This document shows, piece by piece, positions 46,960 through 63,573 of a stretch of DNA of 64,000 nucleotides. The translations under genes were made by a program, and so were the position numbers. A model generated the notes under the pieces. The model made no database searches. It was not told the origin of the DNA and saw only the letters and a program-made list of their open reading frames with translations. Numbering within the stretch: the stretch's first letter is position 1; every line of letters starts with the position of its first letter. The stretch is from the human T2T-CHM13v2.0 reference genome, Homo sapiens. The stretch lies in assembly GCF_009914755.1 (NCBI RefSeq), contig NC_060930.1; one strand, 5' to 3'.

Positions 46960-47160
46960 AAGGAACTCGCACTTACTGAGTGCCCTCTGCGTGTCACAGA
47001 CTTTACATAGGTTATCTCTAATGCTTATAGCAACCCTTCCAGATCTGAAGTTTAAGAGGCTTATATAACCTGCTCAAGGTCACACAGTTAGCAGGTGACA
47101 AAAGATAGATAACAAAAGCTACTGAAATCCTAGTTTATCTGACCCCAAAGCCTAGGTGCT
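46960..47160 (-). mobile_element. MIR
   Basis: acttactgagtgcc...taacctgctcaaggtcacacagttag. Confidence 0.6.
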
Positions 47161-47171
47161 TCCTCCTAGAC

Positions 47172-47661
47172 CAGGGGGTTGGCAAATTACAGCCCATGGG
47201 CTAAGTCCTGCCCACCACCTTTGTTTTTGTACCACCTGTGAGTCAAAAACATTCTTTACATTTTTAAACAGTTGAGAAAAAAAAGAAGAAGAATTTGTGG
47301 TGCGTTAAAACAATATGAAATTCAGATTTCAGTGTCCACATGTAAAGTTTTGTTGGAATGCGGCCCTGTCTATTTATTTACCTATCGTGTGTGGCTACTC
47401 TTGCACCACGATGACAGAGCTGATTGGCTGCAACAAAAACCATATGGCTGGCAAAGTCTAAAGTGTTTGCTTCCCTGGACCTTTTAATTTTTTTTTTTTA
47501 AGTAGAAATGGGATCTCACTATATTACCCAGGCTGGCCCCAAACCCCTGGTCTCAAGTGATCCTCTTGCCTCAGCCTCCTAAAGTACTGGGATTACAGGT
47601 GTGAGCCACTGCACCTGGCCTGCTTCCCTGGACCTTTACAGAAAAACTGTGCCTCCCCCTG
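47172..47661 (+). mobile_element. MER58B hAT-Charlie, split by a FLAM
   Basis: cagggggttggcaaattacagcccatggg...ctggacctttacagaaaaactgtgcctccccctg. Confidence 0.85.
47488..47620 (-). mobile_element. FLAM/Alu monomer
   Basis: TSD tgcttccctggaccttt. Confidence 0.88.
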
Positions 47662-48499
47662 CTCTAGAGCCTGTAGCCCTGTAGGTGATCCTTTTACGGA
47701 TGAGAAAACAGAAGTCCACAGAGATTTAATAACCGTGTCCCAAGTTAAACAATCTTGGGAGAGATGCAGGTCTGACAGATGAGAAATCCTAAATCATAAA
47801 TGTGCTGAGTTTCAAAGAAGCTCATAGATGGGTCAGCAAACCTGGCTGACCGCGATGGAGAGAGTGAGTGAGTGGAGTGGAGCAGAGCAGCCCAGAAGCT
47901 GCAGAGGTCATAGCAGAAATTCGGGCTCTGGTGGAGAATGATGCAATCAATTTGGGAATCTGAAATGACAAAGAGACAGAATATCCTGCCAGGAAGACAC
48001 TGTCATCTGCAGCGTGGAGGCCGGATTAAAGGAGAGCACTCAAGACTCACTTGCCAGGGCAGAGTAAATCACTCTCAGAACTTGATCTTTCACTCAGTGA
48101 AACAAATAAAAGAAAATGGTAATAAACAAAAATCGTGGTACTATTGCAATTAATTTGTTCATAACATATTAAGAGAACGTTTATAAAATATGATTGTTTT
48201 TGTAAAAGAAATTGCATATGTATTTGTGTGTGTGTATCCATAGGAAAAAGCAAAGATAGATTTACATCAGCTTTCCAATGGTAGCTACTTCTACAGAGAG
48301 AGAGAAAAGAGAGGAGGGAAGCTCTCGTGTTCTATTTTATACAAAATTATATCATTTGAATTTTTATCTTGAGAACATAATATTTGCAAAAACTTAAAAA
48401 CAAAATAAGTGATCTGTTATCTGTAAAATAAATAGACTGTAAAAGATTGTTTAGTGTCAGTGTGGAAGTCACTAGGAGGTAGCCCCCAAAAGCCATTAG

Positions 48500-49206
<707 letters not shown>

Positions 49207-49224
49207 GTTTTAAAAGAAAACTAC

Positions 49225-49301
49225 TAGGTGGAACTACATGAAGTTGTAATATTGGACTGTTTTTGACCCACAAATATGGCAATTTCATATAGTTAACTCT
49301 A
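49225..49301. mobile_element. MADE2 mariner MITE
   Basis: TIR-like taggtggaactacatgaagttg / ggcaatttcatatagttaactcta, ~78 bp. Confidence 0.65.
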
Positions 49302-49647
49302 CAGTTAATCTAGGGAAAGGTGTAGCTGAATTAACTGTATTTGAACCTGTCTGAAAGAGCTTTGGCAACAGATGGAGGCCGTCTGCATGGGGTATGGCAG
49401 CTTCAATTCAGCAAGCCTCCTGAGGACTTCATGGTTTCGAGGGGCAGCTGTGGTCCTGGGGTTCAGCTCCCTCTATTCTGACTCCCCCCTCACTAAGCAG
49501 CACTGGTGCTGGGAACATGGGTTCCCCAGTCCCTGGGAAGATACGCAGCTCTTGACATGCAGGCTGATGATCCTTCCCTGAAAAGTTTTGTTAGCAAAAG
49601 CTGCGCAGCTGGAAGAGTTCTGGGTGAGTGGACAACATTATGCTTCA

Positions 49648-50274
<627 letters not shown>

Positions 50275-50790
50275 TTATAGGCAGAGTTTGACACAAATTT
50301 CCCAGGCCATAGAAACTCTGGGACTGGACTGAGGAATAAATGACCCTAGGTTATTCTCCTCGACAGCAGGACACCAATAAAATCGCTGAGAAAATTTGTC
50401 AAATACATTGTTTCAGAAAGAGTATTTGCATTTTCAGTGTCAAAAAAAAGAAAGTAAACTAAAACTAAACTTAATTTTAAGTCTTAAAATTAAATGGAGT
50501 ATTTATTTTTTCCTTAACGTCTTTTGCCTGTTACCAGTACTAAAAAGAAATATTTTAGAAAGGTGTTAAACATTTGGGTGAGAGAATAGCTGAAGAAAGC
50601 AATACCATGGGCAACCACTGAAGTGCTCTCGGAGAAGAGCATGGAATGAGAAGAGTGCATTACTTTGCTAGTGCATTGCAAATGTCAGACTGCATTACAA
50701 ATTCATAGACTGGGGGGCTTAACAGAAGTTTATCAACTCAAAGTTCTAGAGACTGTAAGTCCAAAATAAAGGTGTTAGCAGAGTTGCTTC

Positions 50791-51795
<1,005 letters not shown>

Positions 51796-52169
51796 TTTGC
51801 CTTCATCTTCACATGGCATTCTCCCTGTGTGTGTTCTGTGTCCAAATTTCCCTTTTATAAGGACACCAGTCATATCCCATTAGGCACTTACTCTACTCTA
51901 GTGTGACCTCATTTAAACTAATTACGCCTGCAGTGACCCTATTTCCAAGGTCACCTTCTGAGGTACTGGAGATTAGGACTTCCAGGTAGGAAGTTGGGGG
52001 GCACAAAAACAAGGGGCAATGGTCATCATTCACACTGAAGTTTCCCAAACTCCTTCTTTTCTATTCACTCTTTTCGTGGTTGTGACACCCAGTGACACCT
52101 CTTTCATTACGTAGGAAATGCATTACAAGAAGACTCTGAAGCAGCAGAATAGCTGCCAAAGGGGTGTAA

Positions 52170-52244
52170 AAAATCTGATGGGGAATCACTGAAATGAAAT
52201 GATATCAGGTCAAAATCTGATGGAGAATCACTGAAATGAAATGA
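52170..52244 (+). repeat. Tandem duplication, 42-bp period
   Basis: aaaatctgatgg(g/a)gaatcactgaaatgaaatga at 52170 and 52212. Confidence 0.88.
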
Positions 52245-53654
52245 CATTGGCCATAGGAGGTGTCCTGGCCTGGGCATCAGAACACGTGGGCGGTAGTCCA
52301 GGCTCTGACTCTACTCCACCGGGGAAATCTGAGCACGTCACTGTGCTTGCTGAGCTGCAGTACCCTGCCCCATAGGATGGAAGGGCTAGACAACCCCCAC
52401 TTCGCGAATGAGCCAGCCGCGGCTCACAGAGGATAAGCGACCAAATCCACTCGCTGGCTGAGTTGGAACCAGGACAAGAGCCCAGGTAGATCTCTTTTGG
52501 CCTGTTACTTTCCCCACTGTACCTACATCTCTCTGAGATTCCAAGTCCAATCTCGTGAGCCCTGAGAGTCTAAGCCAGGCCTTTTCAAGGCTAACTACAG
52601 GCTTAACATGTAACCTTCCCTCAAAACCTCTGACCCACCTCAAGATCGGTAAGTCACCCCATAATCTTTTTAAAAGGCCTGGTGGCTGGACAGCCTATAA
52701 TTTCCTTGATTAGCATCACCCAACCCCACAGAGATCAGAACTGCTCTGGGCGGGACAATTCCTGGTATTGAGTAGACTCTGGGTTTGCTGGTCTCGGTAG
52801 ATGGTTTTCCACGGCCAGCGCTCACAGAGGGCTGTTCTGGAGGCCCATGCCGAGGCCAAGTTTGGATAGCATTATAAGTGTGCATAACGTCAGGCCCAGC
52901 ACACCAAAGTTTGGTTACTCCCACTCCTGTGCCCAGCAAGGATTTCCACACATCTGAAAATGGAAAAAGCACTAAAACCTTAACCATTTACCTTTCCTTC
53001 AACTTTCTGCCACGTCCCACGCTCACAAATAGCATAAGAAGCCCTTTTTCTTCCTCCCTGCGAGAACAGTCTGAAAATGGTGAACACAGATTGCCGGTTA
53101 GCATTAGCCACAGGGAGGGAAAATGTAAGATATTAATGTCGCTTTTTCATATGGCAGTGTGAGCCTTTGTGGATAATAAGAAACCCTTATTTGCAGGGTC
53201 AAACACCACAATATGTACATATCCCTAAAGAGTGTTTGCAAAATAGGCAATAACGGCTAGAAATAGACTGTCTCGGAATGGCTAATAAACAATAAACCTC
53301 TTGCCTTTAAAATTAACAACAACAAAAAGAAGCATATTGTGTGTAGTCTACACTGGGTGGAGTGGGGTGCAGTGGAATGTGTTCACGACTCAGTTCTGTC
53401 CTCTCCGTTACTCCTGGCACAGCGGGAAGTCATGGTCCTGTAAAACAGCGACAAAAGGAAAACCCGCAAACACTGCCTGGAGAGGCAATGCCAGAGAAAT
53501 TCAGAATTTTACATCTGGGAAGAACTTTTGTGTCCCTTGAACTCCAGCTTGCCTGGTCCTCAGTGTGCAGTGACTTACCCGAGGTTACACAAGGTAAAGC
53601 AGGAAATGCCCACAGGAATCTTCCAGTCTGAGGAAGTTATGGTTTGGGGGTTTG

Positions 53655-54160
53655 CTATAGAATATGCTGGGCTTGAATCCAGGAGCCCTGCGTTTCTCCC
53701 TAGCTCTGCTGCTGTGTGAGCTCGAATACATCCCTAAACCTCATGGGACATCACGTTCCTCTGCAAATAGAAGTGGAAGCACCTATTCATGGTGTTGCTG
53801 TATGAGACAACGTGGGTAACAGAACCTGGCAAATGTAAAATGGCATTAAATGAAATACATCAAGCAATAATATGAGTAAGAAATGCTATATTTTTTAAGT
53901 GATATTGTTACAATGATTATAAAATCTCAGAAAGTCAGTTGCTATCCAAGTTGTTAAATACCTCCACCTTTGCAGCGTGAAATAATTGCTTCTGGAGTAA
54001 TAACAATATCAGATGTGTATTTAGACCTTTCCTGGTTACCAAGTGCCTTTAATACAACTTTCTGCATTGATTCTCACTGAGGAAACCAGAACAAGACTCA
54101 AAGCAGCCCACAACATCCTCAAGGTCACCAAGTTAAAGAATGGCAGGGCTGGACTTCCGA
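53655..54160. mobile_element. MIR fragments
   Basis: ttgaatccaggagccctgcgtttctccctagctctgc; actgaggaaacc...ctcaaggtcaccaag. Confidence 0.5.
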
Positions 54161-54638
54161 TGCTCAGTGAGGCGCTCCATCAACAAAACCACATTGCCTC
54201 TGGAAAGAAACTGCCCAGTCTGGGCAAACTGGTATCTCAAAGTGGTTGCCCATTGTTGACAAAGGCTCATCTGGACCCAGGACCATTGCTGGGCTGGTTT
54301 GCAACCTCACATGGAGAGTCCCGGAGCGTGGGGCTGAGGCCCAGACTATAAAGCAGCCTTCTCCCATGAGGCACAGCCCTCCCACAGTCACTGGAATGGG
54401 AGACGTTGCTCAAGGCAGCAGGAAATGAGGCTCAGCACAGCCTCCTCGTGATGTCCCTGATCTCAGATCCTCCTCCCCGCTGTCAACACCTCTTGTAAAT
54501 CGGTGCAATGATATAAACCCCTGAGCCCTTTCCAGTCCCTGATCCCAAATGCAAATAAGATCTGCACATAGAAGCAATAACTCTCTCCTGGATGAAAGAA
54601 ATATTCAGAGTACCAAATCTCATACAGAAAACTAAATC

Positions 54639-54768
54639 GGCCAGGTGCAGCAGCTCACACCTGTAATCCCAGCAACTCGGGAGGCTGAGGCAAGAGGGCA
54701 GCTTGAGGTCAGGAGTTCAAGGTCAGCCTGGGCAACATAGCAAGATCCCCATCACTAAAAAAAAAAAG
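54639..54768 (+). mobile_element. FLAM/Alu monomer
   Basis: Single arm with A tail. Confidence 0.85.
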
Positions 54769-55019
54769 TAAAATAAGCATTCAGTATTTTATTTGTGTGT
54801 CACCAAGAGTTTGCACATGTGAAACTATTCAGCTAAATGCATAAATTCAGCTTTTTATTGGCATATTTTCTCACTGTAAAGAGAATCACAAAGACACAAA
54901 GGAAGCCTCTGTGCTCCTCAGTTCCCAGGTCTAAAATTTCAGAGTTATTTCTGGAAGCCCTTTTGGCATTGTCCATCAAGTACTCTAAGTTATCCATATC
55001 CATTGGCCCAGTGATTCTC

Positions 55020-55195
55020 TTTTATTTACTTATTTGTTTGTTTTGGATTCAGGGGGTACATATGCAGGTTTATTACGTGGATATATTACCTGCTGCTGAG
55101 GTTTGGGCTTCTAATAATCCTGTCGCCCAAGTAGTGAACATACTCCCAGATAGATGGGCTTTCAACCCGTGCCCACCTCCGTCACTCCCTCCCAC
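55020..55195 (-). mobile_element. L1PA15-16/L1PB-type 3' end
   Basis: gggggtacatatgcaggtttattacgtgg...gtcgcccaagtagtgaacatactccc. Confidence 0.75.
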
Positions 55196-55394
55196 AGTTA
55201 TTCCCTTTATAAGAATCATGATCAGAAATTCAGATGAAGATATTCATCACTTACAATTGTGAAGAGTCAGCCATGAAGCTCAGTGTTCGCCACAAGATGT
55301 TAACAGCGACTGCCTCCAGCAATGAGGTTATGACACAGCTGTATTTTTCTCTTTTTCTTTACATGTTTCTGTAATTTCCAAAATTACCTATAAT

Positions 55395-55848
55395 GAGAAA
55401 CAACCCAAATATACATTGACAGATGAAGGGATAAACAAAATGTGTAGATGCGCGCAATAAAATACCCTTCAGCCTGTAAAAGGAAGGCAATCGGGTCACA
55501 CGCTGCAACATGGATGAACCTGGATGATGTTATGCTCAGTGAAATAAGCCAGGCACGAAAAGACACAGACTGTCTGATTCCACTTGAATGAGGTTCCTAG
55601 AGTGGTCAAACTCATGGAGACAGAAAGTAGAATGGTGATTGCCAGGGGCTGTAGGAGGGGGAGTGGAGAGCTGCTGTTTCATGGGGATGGAGTTTCAGTT
55701 TGGGGAGATGAAAAAGTTCTGGAGACGGATGGTGGTACTGGCTGCACCACGATGTGAGTGTGGAATGTGCTTACTGCCACTGACCCGCACACTTAAAAAT
55801 GGTCAAAATGGCAAATATTATGTATATTTTACCAAAATAAAAAAAATG
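55395..55848 (+). mobile_element. L1MB 3' end
   Basis: gctgcaacatggatgaacc...cagtgaaataagccagg...gagacagaaagtagaatggtg. Confidence 0.85.
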
Positions 55849-55921
55849 GTTAAGGAAAATTATTTGTAAATATGTATTTTACTGTGCTGGGAAAAAAAAA
55901 AGTTGCATTAAGAGAAAATTA

Positions 55922-56213
<292 letters not shown>

Positions 56214-56677
56214 GGCAGGGAAAATTAAATAACCACGCTGGCTTTGTCTAGATGCTTTCCCTTCCAGCTCCCACCAGCCCTGCCTTGATGCCATTTTCCT
56301 ATCTGTGCAGCGACATGATGAGTGTTCCAAGGTCATGCTAAACAGTGACCTCTGGACTCATCTCAGATGCATGCAGAGACTCTTATTTAGAAAGAAATAA
56401 GTCTCATTATTTCCTTTTAATAAGTTCCTTTACATTTTATACTAAGTGTTTTTTTTAAAAGGAAATTCCAAATCTAAATTCAGTGCTTGAGGGGTACAAA
56501 CATGCTTGCTTAGACCTTTTTATCATAATCACGAGAATGAGAAAGGAGGAGAGCATTCCATCACCCACACATTTTCTGTATCAGACCACATCTGTTACAT
56601 TTAAGTGAGTAGCGATACTTGGCAAATATGTCATGCACCTTCCTGTTTCATGACCTACAATTTTAAAAAATGATCTG

Positions 56678-57624
56678 GGCCAGGCACTATGGCTCATGCC
56701 TATAATCCCAGCACTTTGGGAGGCTTAGGCAGGAGGATCACTTGAAGCCAGGAGTTTGAGACCAGCCTGGGCAACACAGACCACCAAGTCTACAAAAAAT
56801 TAAAAATAAAAAAATTATCCAGGTGTGATGGTACGTGCCTGAGGTCCCAGCTACTTGGGAGGCTGAGGTAGGAGGATTGCTTGAGCCTAGAAGTTCATTG
56901 CTACACAAGAGCTATGATCACGCCACTGCACTCCAGCCTGGGAAACACAGTGAAACCCTGTCTTGACCGGGCATAGCGGCTCAAACCTGTAATCTTAACA
57001 CTTTGGGAGGCTGAGGCAGGAGGATGGCTTGGAGCCCAGGATTTTGAGGCCAGCCTAGGCAACATAGCAAGACCGTTTTTGCAAAAAAAAAAAAAAAAAA
57101 TCAAAACATTAGTCAGGCATGGTGGCATAGGCCTGTGGTCCCAGCTTCTTGGGAGGCTGAAGTGGGAGGACCACTTGAGCCCAGAGGTTGAGGCTGGAAT
57201 GAGTCACGATTGCACCACTGCACTCCAGCCTTGGCAACAGAGTGAGACCTTGTCTCAAAAGAAAAGAAAGAAAAAGAAAAAGAAACCCTATCTCTCAAAA
57301 AAAAATAAAAAGTAGCCAGGTGTGGTGGCTCATGCCTGAAATCCCAGCACTTTGGGAGGCTGAGGCAGGAGGATCACTTGAGGTCAGGAGTTCGAGACCA
57401 GCCTGGCCAATATGGTGAAACCCTGTGTCTACTAAAAATACAAAAATTAGCTGAGTGTGGTGGCATGTGCCTGTAATCCCAGCTACTCAGGAGGTTGAGG
57501 CAGAAGAATCACTTGAACCCAGGAGGCAGAGGCTGCAGTGAGCGGAAATTACGCCACTGCACTCCAGCCAGGGCAACAGAGTGAGACTCCATCTCAAAAA
57601 AAATAAAATAAATAAAAATAAAAA
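56678..57624 (+). mobile_element. Three tandem Alus (AluJ 56678-56963, AluJ 56965-57285, AluS 57314-57624)
   Basis: Head-to-tail dimers. Confidence 0.9.
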
Positions 57625-57856
57625 GTAGAATCATACAATGTTTGTCTTTTTGTGACTGGCTTACTTCACTTAGTATAATGTCTCCAAGCTTCATTGATGT
57701 AGTATGTAGCAAGATTTCTTTCCTTTTTAAGGCTGAATAATAGTCCGTGTAGGTATACACCATATTTTGTTTATTCATTCATCCATGAGTAGACACTTGG
57801 GTTGCTTCCACCTGTCGACTATTGTGAATAATGCTACTGTGAACCTGGGTGTACAA
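57625..57856 (-). mobile_element. L1MB fragment
   Basis: ttgtgactggcttacttcacttagtataatgtc...ttttaaggctgaataatag. Confidence 0.8.
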
Positions 57857-59213
57857 AAATTCAATACAAATTTTAAGAATTGGTGAGCCATATGTGTCTA
57901 GGAAAATAAAGCAGATGACCTCTATCTCACTGGTACCAGGAAATCACTTATTTCATGGAATCAGAAAATGTTAGAGCAGGAAACAATTATTAAATCATCA
58001 TCTATATTTATTTATAGATGAGGAAACAGACATGAAGAGACTTCACTAGGATGGTTTGTAAAATGTTCAGTTCCTACGTTTGGGGAGAAGGAGCTGTTGA
58101 AAAGTACCCCTCTCCCAGGCAAAATTTTCTACCCAACTTGTCATGCCACATACCTCAAATTCCCTACATCACAGATTTATTTACTTCGATGAAGGCACTG
58201 GTAATTTTACCAGGAATCTCCTAGTAAAATAAAAATAGCTCCAAGGGAAAGCCATTGTTGACCCACAACCCTTTGTCTTGAAAGACTGGTTTTCCATGAA
58301 ACAATAAGCTTAGAGTGGCGCTCTTAGGGAATAGAGCCTGCCCAGGGGAACTCAAAGAGGAGGTGGAGTCTCCAGGAATTGTCAGCATAGACAAGCCACA
58401 AGGAAACAATCGCCTCTTGAAAAGCTCCAGGCATCCAGGGGTAGTCAATCCCCAGAAAAGTCAAGCTAGAGAAGGCCAAAGACCAACTCAGGCAGCATTA
58501 CAATGCTGGCTAGCTCTTTACGCCATGTTGGGCTTCATGTCAAAATATAAGACTTCGCCATCAGTGCTCTGGGGCCAGGACTCAGTTCAGGATGTTCGTG
58601 GCATATTTCACCAGGCTTTCTCAGTCACATGAGCAAAGACTCTTTTTTTCATTAGCAAGAATGGAAAATGCCCAAATGCATCACCAACTGAGGAAATCAT
58701 TTTGTTTCAACAGATTTCAATCTCTCTGGCACCAAAACGTGTTTCATGATGGAGCTGAGGGAATTCTGTCAGCAAAATGCAGTGTTCTAAGACCAAGAGA
58801 ACTCCATTATAACACAGCTCGTTAGCACAAGGATCTGAACATTCCTCGGGTCAGAGACTGCTCTCTATAAACACAGCAACCAAGTTCGATTCTTCAGTAG
58901 AGTGTTATTTCTACCTCCAATTCCAAAGCTATGAAGTGGTTCCTTCTTATGCCTGCAGAAGAACAACAAGATTTGAAAAGAGAATTATGGTAGACCAAGG
59001 AAAGCATGCACCTACAAATATGTTTGACAATATCCACAAATGATGGATAGAGCCTTTTGCAATCCCAACATCAAGGCGGATGAGACCAGAAAACCTGCTA
59101 TTTGTTAAAAAATCATAAAACAACATCTAATTGGCCAATAAGAAATGAGATTTACTGTTCTATCTGCAGGTGAGTCAAGAGAATGTAGAAACTGGGTAAT
59201 TAAAACAAAGTCA

Positions 59214-59425
59214 GGCCAGGTGTGGTGGCTCATGCCTGTAATCCTAGCACTTTGCGAGGCGGAGGCAGGCGGATCACTTGAGGTCAGGAGCTCCAGACCA
59301 GCCTGGCCAACATGGTGAAGCCCTATCCCTGCTAAAAATACAAAAATTAGCTGCAAATCGCTGGAACCTGTGCCTGGGCAACAGAGCAAGATGCTGTCTA
59401 AAAATAAATAAATAAATAAATAAAA
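59214..59425 (+). mobile_element. Alu with collapsed right arm
   Basis: TSD aaacaaagtca; most of the right arm is absent. Confidence 0.85.
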
Positions 59426-59439
59426 TGAAACAAAGTCAG

Positions 59440-59757
59440 AGGTGCGGCTTGGTGGCTCACACCTGTAATCCAGCACTTTGGGAGGCCGAGGCGGGAGGAT
59501 TGCTTGAGCCCAGGAGTTCGAGACCAGCCTGGGCAACATCATGAGACCCCATCTCTACAAAAAATACACACACACACACACACACACACATAATTAGCCA
59601 GGCATGGTGGCCTGTGGCTGCGGTCCCAGCTACTAGGGAAGCTGAGTTGGGAGGATGGCTTGAGCAGGGAAGGAGGAGGTTTCAGTGAGCTGAGATTGTA
59701 CCACTGCATCCCAGTCTGAGCAACAGAGCCAGACCTTAAGAAAAGAAAAGAAAAAAA
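59440..59757 (+). mobile_element. AluJ with (CA)n in its linker
   Basis: Dimer. Confidence 0.9.
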
Positions 59758-59890
59758 GAAGAGAAGAGAAGAGAAGAGAAGAGAAGAGAAGAGAAGAGAA
59801 GAGAAGAGAAGAGAGAGGGAGAGAGGGAGGGAGGGAGGCAGGGAGGCAGGAAGAAGGGAAGAAAGGAAGGAAGAAAGGAAAGAAAAGAAA
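59738..59890 (+). repeat. (GAAGA)n-containing polypurine tract, ~150 bp
   Basis: Direct reading; only two C interruptions. Confidence 0.9.
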
Positions 59891-59893
59891 CCT

Positions 59894-59995
59894 GGCTGGG
59901 CACGGTGGCTCACAGCTGTAATCCTAGCGTGCCACTTCAGCTCAGGAGTTTAAGACCAGCCTGGGCAACATAGTGAAAGCTCATCTCTACAAAAA
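59894..59995 (+). mobile_element. Partial Alu monomer
   Basis: Left arm with internal deletion. Confidence 0.8.
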
Positions 59996-60597
59996 GGTTT
60001 TTATACAATTAAAAAAAAAAGCCAGATACCACAGTAATTAAGACAGTTTACACACATTTGCTGTATAGTTTACTAAACTAGGAATCAACCATACTCTGGG
60101 GAGAACCCAGAAAACAGTATTTCTGGGGCCCTGCCATTGTGATACCTATAGTATGTGATAAGTAAAGTCCACAATAACAAAATATAGTAAGTTCACAACA
60201 ATTTAATCTAAATAATAAAAATTAAATTGTAGCATTACTCCAATTCCCGTGGTAGTAATATTCGGCTTACTTCACTGACAAGGTAATTGTTAATTGAGCC
60301 AACATCTGCTTTATCCTCTCCCATGTCCCAGTAGGCCAAGCTCATATGACCTATTCCAATCTTCCCCAGAGGCCTTCCTATCTTGTGTCTCAGCAGCCTA
60401 AGGAAGCATACTGGACTGTATTAAGCTAGCCCCTAACCAACAGAGCCCACGCTGCAATCTTTTTTTATGGATCTTACCACGGAGTGGACAGCCCCCAGAA
60501 CTGGGTTGGGATTGTCAGAGACACCACTAAAGGCTGTCCTCTCCAGCACTTGTAAGCTTGGTTTCATTTTTCCATTAAAAAAAAAAAAGGAATATAT

Positions 60598-60935
<338 letters not shown>

Positions 60936-61480
60936 CTATAATGACTATAGAGGGAGGCACGGAATATTCCTTTGATCAGTTTGGTTTATATTTTTCCAGC
61001 ACTTTTCCCAAGCATTTATATATATGGCTTATAACCTGTTTTGCAACTAGAGTTTTTGTTTAACAAATATGGCTCAGATCCTAGGTCTTCTGCAGGTTTC
61101 CTAGAGGCTTTTTAGCAGGGACATGAGAGAAGGTTTGGCCTCTACAGTGCCCCCTCAGAAACTGTCCCTTCAACCTGTTCTCTCTGTCAAGCCTCTCGCA
61201 CTTGAAGGAAAGTCGCATCAAAGCAAAGGGGCTGCCTGTCTCTACAACATGCTCTGGCAGGAGGGCTGGGCTCCAGCCAAGCCAGAAACCACACTGGAAA
61301 CCAGAGATCCAAATAAAGGTAGCAAATGAGAGAAGGTAGCACATCTAGGAGGCCATAGGGTAGATCGAGCAGGAGGCCAGGACCAAGGGCTCAGAACCAA
61401 GAGCAGGAGGAAGACAGACACAGGCAGGGGTATCACGGGTATGATGCATGGGCTGGTCTGCCAGATTTACAGAGTCCAGG

Positions 61481-61831
<351 letters not shown>

Positions 61832-61832
<1 letters not shown>

Positions 61833-61908
61833 TATATATATATGTGTGTGTGTGTATGTATATATACATATATACATACACACACACATATATATATATA
61901 CACACACA
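61832..61908. repeat. Compound (AT)(GT)(AC) alternating purine-pyrimidine microsatellite
   Basis: Direct reading. Confidence 0.85.
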
Positions 61909-63022
61909 ATCAGGAAAGAGAGGAAAGAAGAAGGCAGTTTGAGATGGAATCTACTGGATTTGCCCCAGTGAGTCCTGAAGGAAGGAGGGCAGCAAGGGGT
62001 CCCATGTGACCTACGACAGGGAGAAGGTGGTGCAGTTATAGAAATGGGGAAAGCAGGGCCCAGAGGCAGGTTTGGAGAGATGGATGAAATGAATCTGTTG
62101 GATGGGGAAGACAATGGTAGATGTTTTCCTCATGGTCCTGTCTGCTCCCGACATTCCTTGCTGCAGTGAGTTTATGGAGGAAAGGGGCATCAACATGAGA
62201 AAATAGGTTCCTTTATCTCACCAAATAGCCCTCATCCCACCCTCCTTTGGGGCATCATCTTTGTTTACCTTTTCTTATCTCCCACTGGGAAATATACTCC
62301 TAAGGGAAGCCCATCTGTCTTTGTCACCTCTGTAGCACTTTATAGGGGATTTAAAGGGGCTTCAGGTTTGGGAAAACAGCCAGATCCATTTTTCACACCT
62401 GAGTTAAGGTTTCAACTCTAGTGATGGTCACAACAGCCGAGGCTTCAAAGTCCCTCTATGCTTTTCAAGGTCCACCCACTCAGAGAAGGCAAGGTGTGGG
62501 CTGCTAGAAAGACCTGGCAATGACCAGAGTGGTGGAATCTGTCCAGGATGTCCTGGGGACAGCCACACCACAGAAAGGAGGAGGGAACAAGAGAGAAAAG
62601 ATGGGAAAGGCCATGTACGAGAGACTGAAATAGGAAATTCTGGACCATCTTCATGGAAAGCCTTTACAAAATATGGGTGGAGCTCATGCCTTCAGAGAGA
62701 GAAGAAATGATGAACAAAACCCCCAGAGCTTAGCAGTGTTAGAAGTTGCATGAAAACATTTGGAAACACCATGACTCGTTTTTGGCATGGAAGCAAGGAT
62801 GCAGGTCGATAGATTAAGTTAGCATCTTGAGTGGCATTATGCAGATACCTCTCTGGAAGAAGCCTTCACAGGCGGCCCAGAGGCACCTGAGCTCAAGGTC
62901 GACCAGGCGACCCATCTGACCAGCAGGGCTAATTTATTGACAAAGAGCAGTGAGAATATACATTTCAGCCAAGATCTGGGAGTAAAAGTTAGGGGCAAGA
63001 ATGGAATCAAGACACTTATTTA

Positions 63023-63335
<313 letters not shown>

Positions 63336-63573
63336 GACACTTATTCAGGAAAAAGGAGGCTCTGCCAGGAGGTGGGGCCCAGGGCCTCTAAGAACCTTTG
63401 CTCTAGCCCACTCTGTCCAAAACACAACAGTTACAAAAGGAGGAGGATGAAAAAATAACTAAAAGATAAAAAAAGAAAAAACAGTAATACAAGTTTCTCA
63501 AAAACAAACAGTTCAACACAAAACAGGGGAAGCTATAATCATTACAAATAGTATCAGTAGAAATAAAGTCAGT

